Below, in pieces: positions 1-11,390 of a DNA stretch of 64,000 bases (position 1 is the first letter of the stretch; every line of letters begins with the position of its first letter). Origin of the DNA: Puccinia triticina. Its lineage: Eukaryota. The stretch covers positions 3,906,001-3,970,000 of the forward strand of contig CP110440.1 in assembly GCA_026914245.1 (NCBI GenBank). The letters run 5' to 3'. Below the pieces are notes generated by a model that ran no database searches, had not been told where the DNA came from, and saw only the letters and a list, made by a program, of their open reading frames with translations. A program made the position numbers and the translations under genes.

Positions 1-242
1 CATGATAAACCCACATAGTACATGTGTTAGGACCAAGAAAGGAAAAGAGAAACTGGGAGGGATCCAGAATCTTGAGGCTGTGAGAAAGTGACGGAAGGGA
101 TCATCTTGAGGATGAATCTTGAGGATCTTGAGGCTGAAGGGTCTTGAGAGGCTGGATAATTCTTCTCTTGAGGATTTTCTGATGAGTGATCTAAAATCTT
201 GAAATCTTGATCTTGAGGCCCTGTACCAGTTTGACCACCACA
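1..242 (-). mobile_element. Truncated LTR of the TG...TA Gypsy family (cut by window edge)
   Basis: Shares taaacccaca...tgtgttaggacca and the terminus ttgaccaccaca with the solo LTR at 35815-36679; followed by GCGG. Confidence 0.6.
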
Positions 243-3238
243 GCGGGTGGAGGATATTTTTTAGTTCTCTTCCTTTTCTCTATAAAAACACAGTGGGGAG
301 GGAGGATTCTGCATCATACTCCCCACAGACTCTCTTTTTACAGTTTTACTTTACTTTTTGGATTGATGTGCTTCTTTTACTTTGTGTACTAGAGGCCAAG
401 GCGGCTGCGCCGCTGCAGGGGAAAAATGCACAACATGACCCACACTGAAAACCACAACCTTCTCAAAAACTCTGGAAAATGATGGCCTCACTCTTAGTTG
501 TCATCCCAGTTGTGTCATCAACTTACCCATTCCTCAAGGAATCACTTCAAGCTACACATCATAACAAGTTAATCCAGCTTTGATTTTAAACCTTTAAACC
601 CAATTCCAGTTAGACCCTAAGGCCAACAGTAAGACTCAAAGTCAAGTGCACTTCAGGGCTTCCATTAGACTCTCCTTCATTGAATAAATTTTTACTAAAA
701 CAGTCATTTAGTCATTTGAATTCAGTCAACAGGTAAATTTTTACAAATATGTTTTGAATAATCCATAGCTCTCAAGGTCCATAAGACACAATTGTAATGA
801 GAAAATTCTTAGGAATCTTGAGCTTGTAACATGGCAATTGAAAAAAAAGCTTAATCTGATTCAAATACACCAAATATCCTGCCAGAAATAATCTAATAAA
901 ACAACCTCAGGTTAATATAGAAGACATATCTCAAAGTGTAAGGTTACTTTCACACATAGAAAACAGATCAACCCTTGTTAATCTTCACCCCCGCTAAGCT
1001 TCCGTAAAACCAAGCGTGATGACCTAAAAGTGACGTTCCTAGGCCAAACACCATTTCAATGCCAGCTGGTATAACAAAGTCAATTATAAACCTGGGATTG
1101 TGATTCTGATTAAATCAATTAGACAAGTTTGAATCAAGGACGGCATCAAGTTGACTCACATTGACTTGGTGCTTGAGATTAATCACATAGATTGGCCCAT
1201 GGTTGGGCAAATCACCTGGAAGAGTAGCGAGCTATAGAAGTCATCGGTAAGGACAGTCCCGGCGATTGTTTGTTGTTGATTGTTCAGAGGGACAGTAAGG
1301 ACACAGGACGGCCAGTACAAGAGTTAAAGAAAGGTAGTAGGTTATTGTTTGGCCACCAGGAAAAAAACAGTGGTGGGCCATCTTTTGGACGGTCCGTTCA
1401 AGGCCACCAAAAAAAAAAGGAGGAGGGGATGTTTGCTTGATCAAATGGTCTTCTACCCCCCGAGTTAAAAGGAAGACAAGGGCCCTGTACGCTGTCGTGC
1501 GGTGGATTGTTTGGCTGAGAGAGAAAAGGAGAGGGGGGCGGACGCCAGTTGTCCGGTTGACTGGTTGGTTGAAGAAGGAAAAAAAGGGTCCGGCGTTGTA
1601 TTAATAGGAGACAGGGGACCGTTGTTTGTTCATTGTGCGAGCCATGGAAGAAAGAGAAAGGGGGGCCAGTTGGAGGGCGGGTCCAATCAAGATAAAAAAA
1701 AAGCGAGTATAGTGAGGTTGTCTGTCTGGTTGTATTCTGAGCTGTAAGAAGGGAGAAAGGGGCCGGGGCCGTTGGTTGTCCAACAGTCCAATCCAAGCTG
1801 CACAAAAAACTTACGAGGGCGGGGGACTGGTTGTTTGTCCACTCAATTGTCCCACCCAAGCAATCAGGGAAAACGACGAAGCCCTGGCGAGGTAGAATGA
1901 CCTGGGGAGATCCGATATTGAACCTATTGTACTGGAGACAAAATGAGATCAGGCGGGCGTAGTTTTTTTGCTTGGCTCTTCGTCCTATGAAGTCCAAAAG
2001 GCGGCGAGGGGGGCAGGGAGTGCGAGAAGGCTGAGGCCTTGGGGTTGCTGGTTTGACGGCAAGAGATAGTGAGGGTTCGGAGCTGGTTGATTTTCTAATT
2101 GGTGTGGCTGGTGATCTGTGCTGTTGAGTTGTAGTTGGTGCCGCGCAGGTGAAAAATCCATGGGCGGCGTGGCGGTACGATTGTTGTCAAGGATAAATGT
2201 ATGTATCAGGGCAGAGTCGAGGGCTTGAGGCAAGCTTGCTGGTGGAACACATATAAAAGGGGGTGACCTTGTGGTTGGATAATCCCCAGGGCGTCCTCTG
2301 CCGCTGTACTTCCAGCGTGCGGTTTGCCCTCAACCCCCTCCGCTGTTGCACTTGCGCAGTTTGAGGGGCTCTACTCGGTGGCCCCCCTTTGCATAATGCC
2401 TTCAATGCGGCGCACTGGGAGTCATCCTCTCACCATTTTTTAACCCTTCTAGACAGGGATGGATGGTGGACCACGGTGCATCAGCTTTCTGATGTTAGGT
2501 GGCTGGGTGCAGATTATTGTTCTGTTTTTCTTTTTTAATTGTAGTCTTTTTTTGTTGATTTAGGCATTTGTAGAGGGAAAACCCTTCATTTTTTTTTCTG
2601 GAAGTTGTAGAGGGGAAACCCTTGATTTTTTTTGTGATTTTTTGTGATTTGTAGGGCAAACCCTTGAATTTTTGTTTTGTGATTCCAAGGCTTTAATAAA
2701 CTTGGATGTGCGGACTTGCTTTATGTGTTACGGTTGTGCTTGCTTTACGGCTGTTTTCTTGCAGTTTTGAGGAGTTATCTTCTTTATGCGGCGGAGCTTT
2801 ATTTTACAGTTTACGTCTGCAGAGCTTTATTATTCTACGTGCTTTACTCTATTTATCCCACTCAGAGCCATACAACGTGGCGGAGCTGCGGAGCGGAGTT
2901 TCTCCAGATCACACGACTTTACCTGGGAATCATCTTGGAGCGGCGGAGTCCTGCCAATTCTACGCAGTGATCACTTTTGTTCACCACACCACGGCTCAGG
3001 GACAGCCTTGGTTGGCTGGGTTGCATGCCCAACAGTGTCTCAACCATGGGGTTCTGTCAACTGCGTCGACATGGCATGTCAGCTGGGTTGGCCCGCCTGC
3101 GGAGCTGCATGGGTTTTGCCAAAGGGAGCCTGATTGATCCTCAACACCAATCCAACCCAGTGGTCAAAATCTGGGCGGAGAGGTTGGGGTCCACCTGGGC
3201 CAACCTGTCTGAAATCGCGCTGTTGGGCCCACATCAAC

Positions 3239-3705
3239 CAAGGGTGGGCCGCTACGCTACACTACGCTACAGGGCCACTTAGCGTTAGCGTAGCGGCAAA
3301 AAGCGCCCGCCCATTTTGAGTAGCGTTAGCGCGCTGTTAGCAACGCTACGCTGCGCTACGTTTCAGCGGCGCTAACAGCGCGCCAATTGTTTGTTAGTGT
3401 TAGCGCGCCGCTACAGTCACTACGCTGCGCTACAGCGCTTTTAGCGGAAAAAAAGGCCTTTTTTCAGCTAAAAGCACTGTGGCGCACCGTAGCGCGCGCT
3501 CTTTTGCGCCCTGCTTGTGTAGCGTTAGCGCAATTGCGCGCATCTGCGCTAACGCTACGCTAATAGCTAAATTAGCTGCGCACCCTTTGGGCGTAGCGTT
3601 AGCGCAGAGAAGGCGCAATTCCGCTAACGCTACGCTAAAATTTACCGGAATTCCGCTACGCTACGCCACGCTAATGCTACGGTTAGCGTAGCTGGCCCAC
3701 CGTTG
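3239..3705. mobile_element. Non-autonomous TIR element (MITE), CAA...TTG ends, 7-bp TSD, P-element-like
   Basis: TIRs caagggtgggccgctacgcta / tagcgtagctggcccaccgttg; TSD catcaac (3232-3238, 3706-3712); near-identical copy at 56091-56513. Confidence 0.85.
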
Positions 3706-3863
3706 CATCAACCCAAGCTTGAATTTGAGTGGTGTTTTACATATGCCTGCTCCTGATATTTGAAATATGATCATCAATTCAGAGCTTCTTCCAACCTTGC
3801 CACCCTTGGCAGCTCCTTGATCCTATCCCTGGTCTCTTCAGGATAGCCCCCCCCACACTTTTT

Positions 3864-4203
3864 TGTAAAACCCCTGCGCCGTAGGTGCCGCGGATTTCAC
3901 AAGCCTTTCACAAAACCTGACTTTGACCCCTTATAGTACTACCTCCCCGCCCACTCCTAGCTCAGCATAGATCCCAACTGACTAGATATCTCTCCTGAGA
4001 TAGGTGAGCTTCCCATTTCTTCTCATGCTCTCTTTCCATTCTTGATCCTACCCAGTTGTACATAAGGAGAGATCCTGACTGACTAGATATCTCTCCTGAG
4101 CTAGACGTGCAATACAAGCCCCATGTTGGTATCAGAACCCATTGAGACCCTTGTCTATCTCTGTGCCAACTCCCTAGCCCAGTGAAGAGCTTTGGCTCTT
4201 ACA
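3864..4203. mobile_element. Probable solo LTR
   Basis: TGTAA...TTACA ends, internal duplicated ctgactagatatctctcctgag, layout like 44150-44500; TSD poor (ttttt/ccttt). Confidence 0.45.
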
Positions 4204-4659
4204 CCTTTCTAGCATTCTTTTGTCCAAGCTAAATCTCAACATAATTGACCAAGGACAAATTTTTCTAAGCTATAAAACCTGGCTTGCAAAAAGGAATCCT
4301 CAATAATTGGAGAAATCACCTTTAGAGATTGCCAAGTGGACCTGGGTACCTGCAATTTTTTTTTTGCAAATTTCTGACCCCCATACACATATACAACACC
4401 CGCAGGCCAAAGACTAGCACAGTGGTATTCGAGGTGTTTTTTGGGCCTTTTGAATACTGATTCGTCAAATATTTGAGTATTCGGAGATATTTGACGGAAA
4501 AACTTCCAAAATACATTAAAAACACCAAAAAATTACATTTGTTGTGTTTTTGACTTCTTTTGGCCCATTTCTGGGCCATAAATTTTTGAGGAGGTCATAC
4601 GTCAAAAATATAATGGTGCCAAAGACGCCTACAATATTGCCAGAGGCATATCTCATAAT

Positions 4660-4790
4660 GGCGGACGCACTATTCAGAGTGCCAGACACACTTTTGATAG
4701 TGGCGGACGCACTTTTGATAGTGGCGGACACACTTTTGATAGTGACGGACACACTTTTGATAGTGACGGACACACTTTTGATAGTGACGG
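4660..4790. repeat. 21-bp minisatellite (gcggacacacttttgatagtg) interrupted by the LTR element
   Basis: ~6 copies; the array resumes at 14609-14636. Confidence 0.9.
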
Positions 4791-5601
4791 TATGGACTCC
4801 TGTCGGGTCTGAGCCAAGGCAGTCGGTGGAGGGGATGGTGCTGAGTGCTGCCCTCTTTGGTGGTCCTGCGAAAAGTATTGGGAAAATTTGAACAAAGTGA
4901 TAGCGGTTGGGGGGGGGGATTTTTTGGTGAGAGGGAACAAGGGGATGGAATACCCTCGGCGGTTTTGGTTGGTCAGAAAAGATCAGGAAAGAGGAACTCG
5001 GAGGGAAGCCAGCGCGTTTGTCGGGATATCTGGAGGTGATCAGCTGAAGGGAGAAACTTAGAAGACTCGGGTACTCAAAACTCAGAAATATGCGGAGATG
5101 GATCAACGCGATCCCGGGATCAATAAACTCTCAAAAGCTCTGATGATATCTTTCTGGGGGGGGGAGAGAGTACCATGCGGATCCCTCCTCCAAGTTCAGC
5201 TGAACTTGGATTCAGGCCCGCGACATGCCGCGCGACAAGCCCTTGTGCCCGCCGCGCCCTTACAGCTAGGATGAGAAGATGAGACAAACAACAAAACAAG
5301 ACCAACCCTCCTCCAAATAAACCTGTCCAATGCACGCAAGGAAGAAACAGAAAAGAAAAGACATGTGTAAAAGGAAGGTAAATAGAGGAGTCAAAAACAA
5401 AACCAAACAACAAAAGAAAAGGAAGAAAGAAAGAGAAAGAGAAAGGGAAAGAAAGGAGAAACCGGGGAAGAAATGAGAACAGGAGCCTAAAACAAAGTCT
5501 TGAGGGTGTTGTGCGCGCCGTGCCGTCGGGTGTTGGGGTCTTGATGATCTTGAAACCTTTATCCCGGTGTCCTGATCCTGTGTACGCGCCAGAACTCCAC
5601 A
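4791..5601 (-). repeat. 3' LTR
   Basis: Direct repeat of 13796-14608; preceded on the minus strand by the PPT. Confidence 0.95.
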
Positions 5602-5611
5602 TCCCCATCCC
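5602..5611 (-). other. Polypurine tract (GGGATGGGGA)
   Basis: Purine run abutting the TG of the 3' LTR. Confidence 0.75.
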
Positions 5612-5761
5612 ATTTGCAGTCTGTCCCTAGACTGCGCGTCGCCTCTCTGATACCTGCTGCTGAACCAAGGTAGAAAACCGGAAAAGAGTGGCTCACAGAG
5701 TGGCATGTAATGCTTTTGACGGCGTGTAGAGATGCCCGGAGATGCATACACATGGGAGGAC

Positions 5762-8700
5762 TTACTTTTGTCCTTGCCCCTCCTCGCGCGAGTAGTACTT
5801 CTTGACCTGATCGGCCGCAAATCGCCGCTTGAGTTTGGTGCCGTCCAGCTCGGCCAGAATGTAAGAGCCTCCTTGGACCTGGCGGATGATGCGGTAGGGC
5901 ACGTTCCATTTATTTGCGAACAGCTGACCCCATTGCGTCTCTAATGACCGGTTGTAAGCCATAACCATTGCTCCCGGCTCAAGCGCCTCTTGAAGACGGT
6001 CAGAGCACTTGTCAGCCCAATAGCGTACCAAATCACCCCTCGCCTCCATCATTTTCCGATACGCGATACCCCGCGTTTCCTCACTTCACTCGAGCTGCAG
6101 TGACCTGGCCGCTAGAAGATCCGAAGTGGTGCGTACTGACTCCCAATCAACACCAAGATAAGATTCCATTTCTAAGTCAATAGGCAAGACAGCCCTCTGC
6201 CCAAAAACCAGTTCGTACGGGGAATAGCCAGTAGTGCGCTTGGTCGAAATCCTGTCTGCAAAGAGAACCAACAGAAGGAACTTGCGGCAATTCTTGCCAC
6301 TCTTGCCGGCTAGCTTAACCAACGCCGACTTCAGTGGCGCATTCCCCTGTCCCTCAGGGTAATAGGGGGTGGAAACGCGGTGTTGGCCGGGTAAGGACTG
6401 AAGCATCTCCGCCAGTGAGCCTCCAAATTCTTAGCCGCCGTCTGTCAAGTACAATTGCGCGGGCCCGTACCGCATGTTCCAATGCTCCTGAAGAAAAGAG
6501 GCCACTGCCTCAGAAGTCAAATTGTTCAAAATCTTAGCTTCTACCCAGCCGGAGAAGTCGTCGCGCGCCACTATAAGGTACTTAGCGCCGCTGGCCTTCA
6601 GATGCACCACGTCCATGGCCACCCGCCCAAAAACAGTCAATTCTCCAGTTGGGTAGCGCTGCTCTAAAGGCCTTCAAAGACTGCGCCTCTGACAGGTGTC
6701 ACAACTTTGACACCAGCGCGCCACAGATTGTTTCAGCGATGGCCACCAAAAGCGCTTGGTGATCCTCCGATAAGTCTCTGTCACCCCTCGGTGACCCAAT
6801 TCCTTGTGTAGCTGGCGAGGGACTTCTTCCTGTTTGGCGGGGATGGTGATGACGATCCGAGGCAGAGGGCTTCCCCTCTTCATCAGTCTGCCCCCCTGAA
6901 CAAAGAACTCTACGGACTTCCTCTTCAGCGCACAAAATTCCTCCGTCCCCATGCCCTCTGGCCTGATTAACGTGGATAGAAACAACTCCATCTGGCGCCA
7001 GTAACCGTCTTGGTAGCCAGTGTACTCGTCCTTCAGAGCCGAAAAAGCAAAAGCGGGTTGAATCAAGGGAGCATCCTCGTCAAAATTGGAAGGAGGGTCA
7101 GACTCCTCGTCGCCTTGTGGGTGGCGTGATAGACCGTCAGGCATGGTGAATGATTTACCGGGGCAATGGACAATGTTGAACGAGAACAACTGTATGAACA
7201 AAACCCACCGCGTCATTGGCGCATTTGGCAAACTCGGGGCATTGATCATCTGGATCAGGGACTGAGCGTCTACTTGCAGCTCAAAATGCTGGCCCCACAG
7301 GACCTTTTGTAGTTTCTTCAAGATCCGTGTGACGCCGCATAACTCCAGTTTGGCCTGTGAATACCTTGACTCTACATCCGAAAAGAGAAGGGACTCGTAG
7401 AGCGCCGGATGATTCCAGCCATTAGAATCCTCTTGCGTAAGCACCGCACCAGCAGCGTGGAAACTGGAGTCCACCGCAAGCTTGAGTCTCCCAGCGCCCG
7501 GACCGTAATCAATCTTAACCAAGACTATATCTTTTCCAACCAGCTTTTTTAGTTCCTGAAACGCTAGCTCGCAGTCTTCCGTCCAACTCCATTCGGAATC
7601 CTTATGCGTCAATCGGCGGAGAGGAAGGCAAATCTCGGACAGTGACGGAATAAAAATCCGCACGTAGACCACGACCCTGAGGAATCCTCGCACTTCCGTG
7701 GCGCTGATTGGAGTCGGCCACGAGAGGATTTTGTTAACCTTGCTGGCGGCCATCTTGCGGCCTTCCTTGCAAACAACGTGACCTACAATCTCTAAGGCCG
7801 GAACGCACGCTGCGAGTTTAGATGCGGAAACAGTCAAGCCCGACTCTTCAATCCTGAATAAGATACGCTCCAAGGTTTTGGCGTATTCCCAGATGAACCT
7901 CCTAATCCCAGGGTGCCAAGGGACTAGCTCGTTGTTATAATCAGATTTTGGACCCTTAATACCCCCATCGTCAATAAAAATCCCGGCATTCTCTGGAATT
8001 TTGGCTTGAAGGATCCACATCATCTGCGCCTGATACACGGCGACAGAGTTTGTGGCTAGCCCCCTGGGGCAACCAAGTGAGCTGGAACCGCCCCAGGGGC
8101 GTGTCAAATGTTGTGCGGGGTCTAGATATGGGATCCAGGGCACGCTTGTCGTAGCCGCCCATAATGTTGCCAAGCCCATAACAAGCCCGGCCGGAGAAAG
8201 ACTCCACGAATTCCTCTGTTGCCGGCGGAACTCCGGCGTCGCGTACCGTTACCTTATAGAGGGGCTGTAAATCATGGACCACGCGCAGTTTACCGTTTCC
8301 CTTAAGGACGCAAAAGACCGGACTAGAGTATGACAAAGTTGATTGCTCATAAAGACCGGTGCGGACGCGCTCCCTAATAAGCCTCGTACATTCTTCAAGT
8401 TTGGCAGCTGGGATGGGAATCTTCGTTTTCTGCCAAGGTTCATGCTTGACAACTGGTATAATATACGGGAGGCCGTAGGCCCCGCTCCTTTTCATTGAAA
8501 GCTATCGACCGGTTTCTTTCTGCTAAGACATTCTTGATCAGATTTAGCTTGTCCGGAAAGAGCCAACCCACCGGCCAGAAATTTACAACAGCAAGCCGCT
8601 CCTGAGTAACTCGTCCTTTTGGGACAAATGGTCCGGCTAGCGCGTGAGAGAGTCCTTGGTAGGGGTCACAAGAAAGAGGCAGCCAACAAAGAGGGGGGTT

Positions 8701-8900
8701 CAAACCCTGTGGCATGGCTTGATTCACGGGCTTGACTTTCTTGGCCACGGGCTTGTACTTGGCCGCAAACGCCAAATGCTTGCCCGCTGCCCATGCCTCC
8801 AGCAAATTGGTTCGCGCCTGAGATACAAGTCCGGCCTCCAGCAAAAGGCTTGTCCGATGCTCCGCTTGGTCCTCAAACGCCACTTTGTCTGCAAAAGAAA
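5762..8900 (-). pseudogene. pol (RT, RNase H, integrase) with several frameshifts/stops
   Basis: Split across ORFs 8440-9168, 7971-8495, 6674-8179, 6431-6640, 6086-6406, 5762-6052; motifs KYKPVAKKVKPV, LRVVHDLQ, FIDD (RT), AVDSS/YSQAKLE (RNaseH), HKELGH...CDTC zinc finger, GYSPYELVFG. Confidence 0.9.
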
Positions 8901-10089
8901 ATCGAAAAGGTGGCCGGTTGCTCACAAGTGTGGCACAAGATAGAGGTTTCGACGATATAGGAGCATCACGCCTTGGAGGTGCATATTTGTGGTAACTTAC
9001 TTTCACGCCATATGCCCTCCACGACGGTCCGAACATTACAACTCCTCCTTCACATTCCATTCGAGAAGAGCATAGTTTAAGCTCGTTGCGGAGCTCTGCT
9101 CTGCATGCCGCGCCTTTTGTCGCTCCAGGTCCTGAAAGAAAAGCGCCAGAATCCGGGGTGTGGCTCACCAGAGTGGCACGCTCTTCGCGGAGACAATCGG
9201 GGGTTGAATCTTGAGACTTCTCTTGAGACGCGAGTTGAGAGCTTGCGCGAACTTAACACAAGGTCCCAGCCTCCTGCGGGCCGTGCAGCATTTGGCTGGT
9301 CGCGAAGCGACCCCTCCTGGAGGGAGGGACTTGCATACTAAAACACCTTTCTGGCGTGAGCGTTTTCCGAGGTTTGGCTGGGAGCGCCCTTGTTTGCATC
9401 ACCCCACCTTCAATACTCAACGTATCATTTCTAGGTTTCAGTACATCATACATGTGCATGTTCTTGATTTTTCCATATTTTTTTAATGCAAAATCACAAT
9501 TACTTCTAGTGTTTTTTTTTTTTTGAAGTTCAAGATTTTGAACTTCAATTCTTGTCCCCCATATGACAAGGGCCGAGCGCAGTCACACTACAAAGATAAA
9601 TATGCTTAAGAGCAATCTAGATGATGAAACTACCAACAAGCTCATATCACACAGTAACTTCTGTAAACCGCATACATCCGATCAACCATCCGATCAGCCA
9701 ATCAAAATACTCAAACTGGACACTCAGCCGTACGTACATAAATAGGCCATTCCGAAATGCTCCCGCCGCCCGACCGACCGGCCGACCTGACAACCGAGGC
9801 ATCAAAGGTAACCTACATTTGTGAGGTAATGAATTCACTGAAGATGTCCCCGAAGCAATTTCTCCTCGCTTTTGTGGAGCAAGATGAAATCGGCATAGTA
9901 AGTAGGCGTCGGCTTTGGTCAGATGCTGGCTAGGACTCCATGAGGATCCTTCTTGAGGCAATTGGGACGATGATTTGCTCTCAAGAATCTGGCCAAACAA
10001 ACTGGAGTGATTTCATTCTTGGCGAGGCATGTGTTTTTCAGAGGCAGGCATCTTGATTGAGCAATTCATCACTAATCATTTGATTTTTT

Positions 10090-10317
10090 GCATTTCGACA
10101 CCGTCAATGGTCAGCTTTATGAAGATGGCCAACCAGTACGACATCTGCTGCATCTCGCCAAAATCTAACAGAACAAATAAAAAAGAGGTGGTAGATGTTT
10201 ATAGCATTTCAACACCGTCAATGGTCAGCTTTATGAAGATGGCCAACCAGTACGACATCTGCTGCATCTCGCCAAAATCTAACAGAACAAATAAAAAAGA
10301 GGTGGTAGATGTTTATA
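10090..10317. repeat. 114-bp tandem duplication
   Basis: 10090-10203 repeated at 10204-10317 with about one mismatch. Confidence 0.9.
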
Positions 10318-11390
10318 GGAACGGTTTCAAAGTGATGCAAGCAGACATTAAGAAAGGGAGCGCAAAGATGAACCGATTACGTCCTGCGACTACCCTCCAC
10401 CACGAAACAATCGATGACACAGAAGAACTTGATAACAATGATCAAGTTCACGACAAAGAAGAGGATGTTGCTGTGTGAGTCTCTTCAGGGACATGTATGT
10501 TACTTTCAGGTTTGTTTGATGCGGTTTCAGGTGGTTTGGGCTGATGATCTGGTACATGTTTGGTTGGTCTGACCTTGTTTCTGGGTATGGCTGTTGACGC
10601 CTCCTCTCCGGGTACGGGTACGGGTACAGTTAAGAGGGCCTTTGTTAATTTTCATTAGCTCTTCTCTATGTAGTTCCTCTTTCGTTAATTATAGCTAGTC
10701 ATCAATATGACATGATGTTCTTCATTATAATGTGACCGCTTAATTAACTGGGATGATTTATTTTGAATTTCTTGTTATCCGTTTTCAAAAATGAAGGAAT
10801 GGAATAACAACCACCAAAAAAAAACAGAAAAATCACGAACATGATAAGCAGTCAGAAAAACAAACCAACAAGAAATGGTGACGAGTAGTACAGAAGCAAG
10901 AAGGAAAAGCCTTTAAAATGGCCTCTATATCACGCCACGCTCACGCGAGCTTGGTGTTCTAGTGGATAAGCCTCTCTGGTGAGACTGGGCTGCCGCCCAG
11001 ACCCGCTCACCACGAGTGTTGGCTTAGTTAAGCTCGGAGCTTGCGGAGGGTTCCCGTGATGGGGCTGAGGCCTCCTTGTGATGAAACAAGGATAGTTTAT
11101 TCTCTTCTTGGAGACTAAGATCCAGACTTGAGGGGTTGACGGTACTGGAAAAGAAAAGAGGCAAATAGGGGCGGCTCACAGCGTGGCATGTAATGTTTTT
11201 GACGCGCGTAGAGATGCCCGGAGGTGCACAATGGATGGGACTTACTTCCGTCTCTCTAGTGCTCCGCGAAATACCCCTTTCCTCCTCTCCCTCACCTCTT
11301 CTAGTGTACAACTGAGACTTGAAACTGAAATAAAACTGAGAGCCAATCTTCTTTTTGCTGATTTTGATTATCTGGGAAATCGCGCTCCCA

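Noticed and set aside
1240..2460. ORFs of 60-199 aa
   Set aside because: Low-complexity, repeat-like sequence with no recognisable domain
11145..11245. Known ribozyme class (hammerhead, twister, hairpin, HDV-like) for the triplicated motif
   Set aside because: Catalytic consensus elements could not be placed in the correct order by eye; left open as an unknown structure
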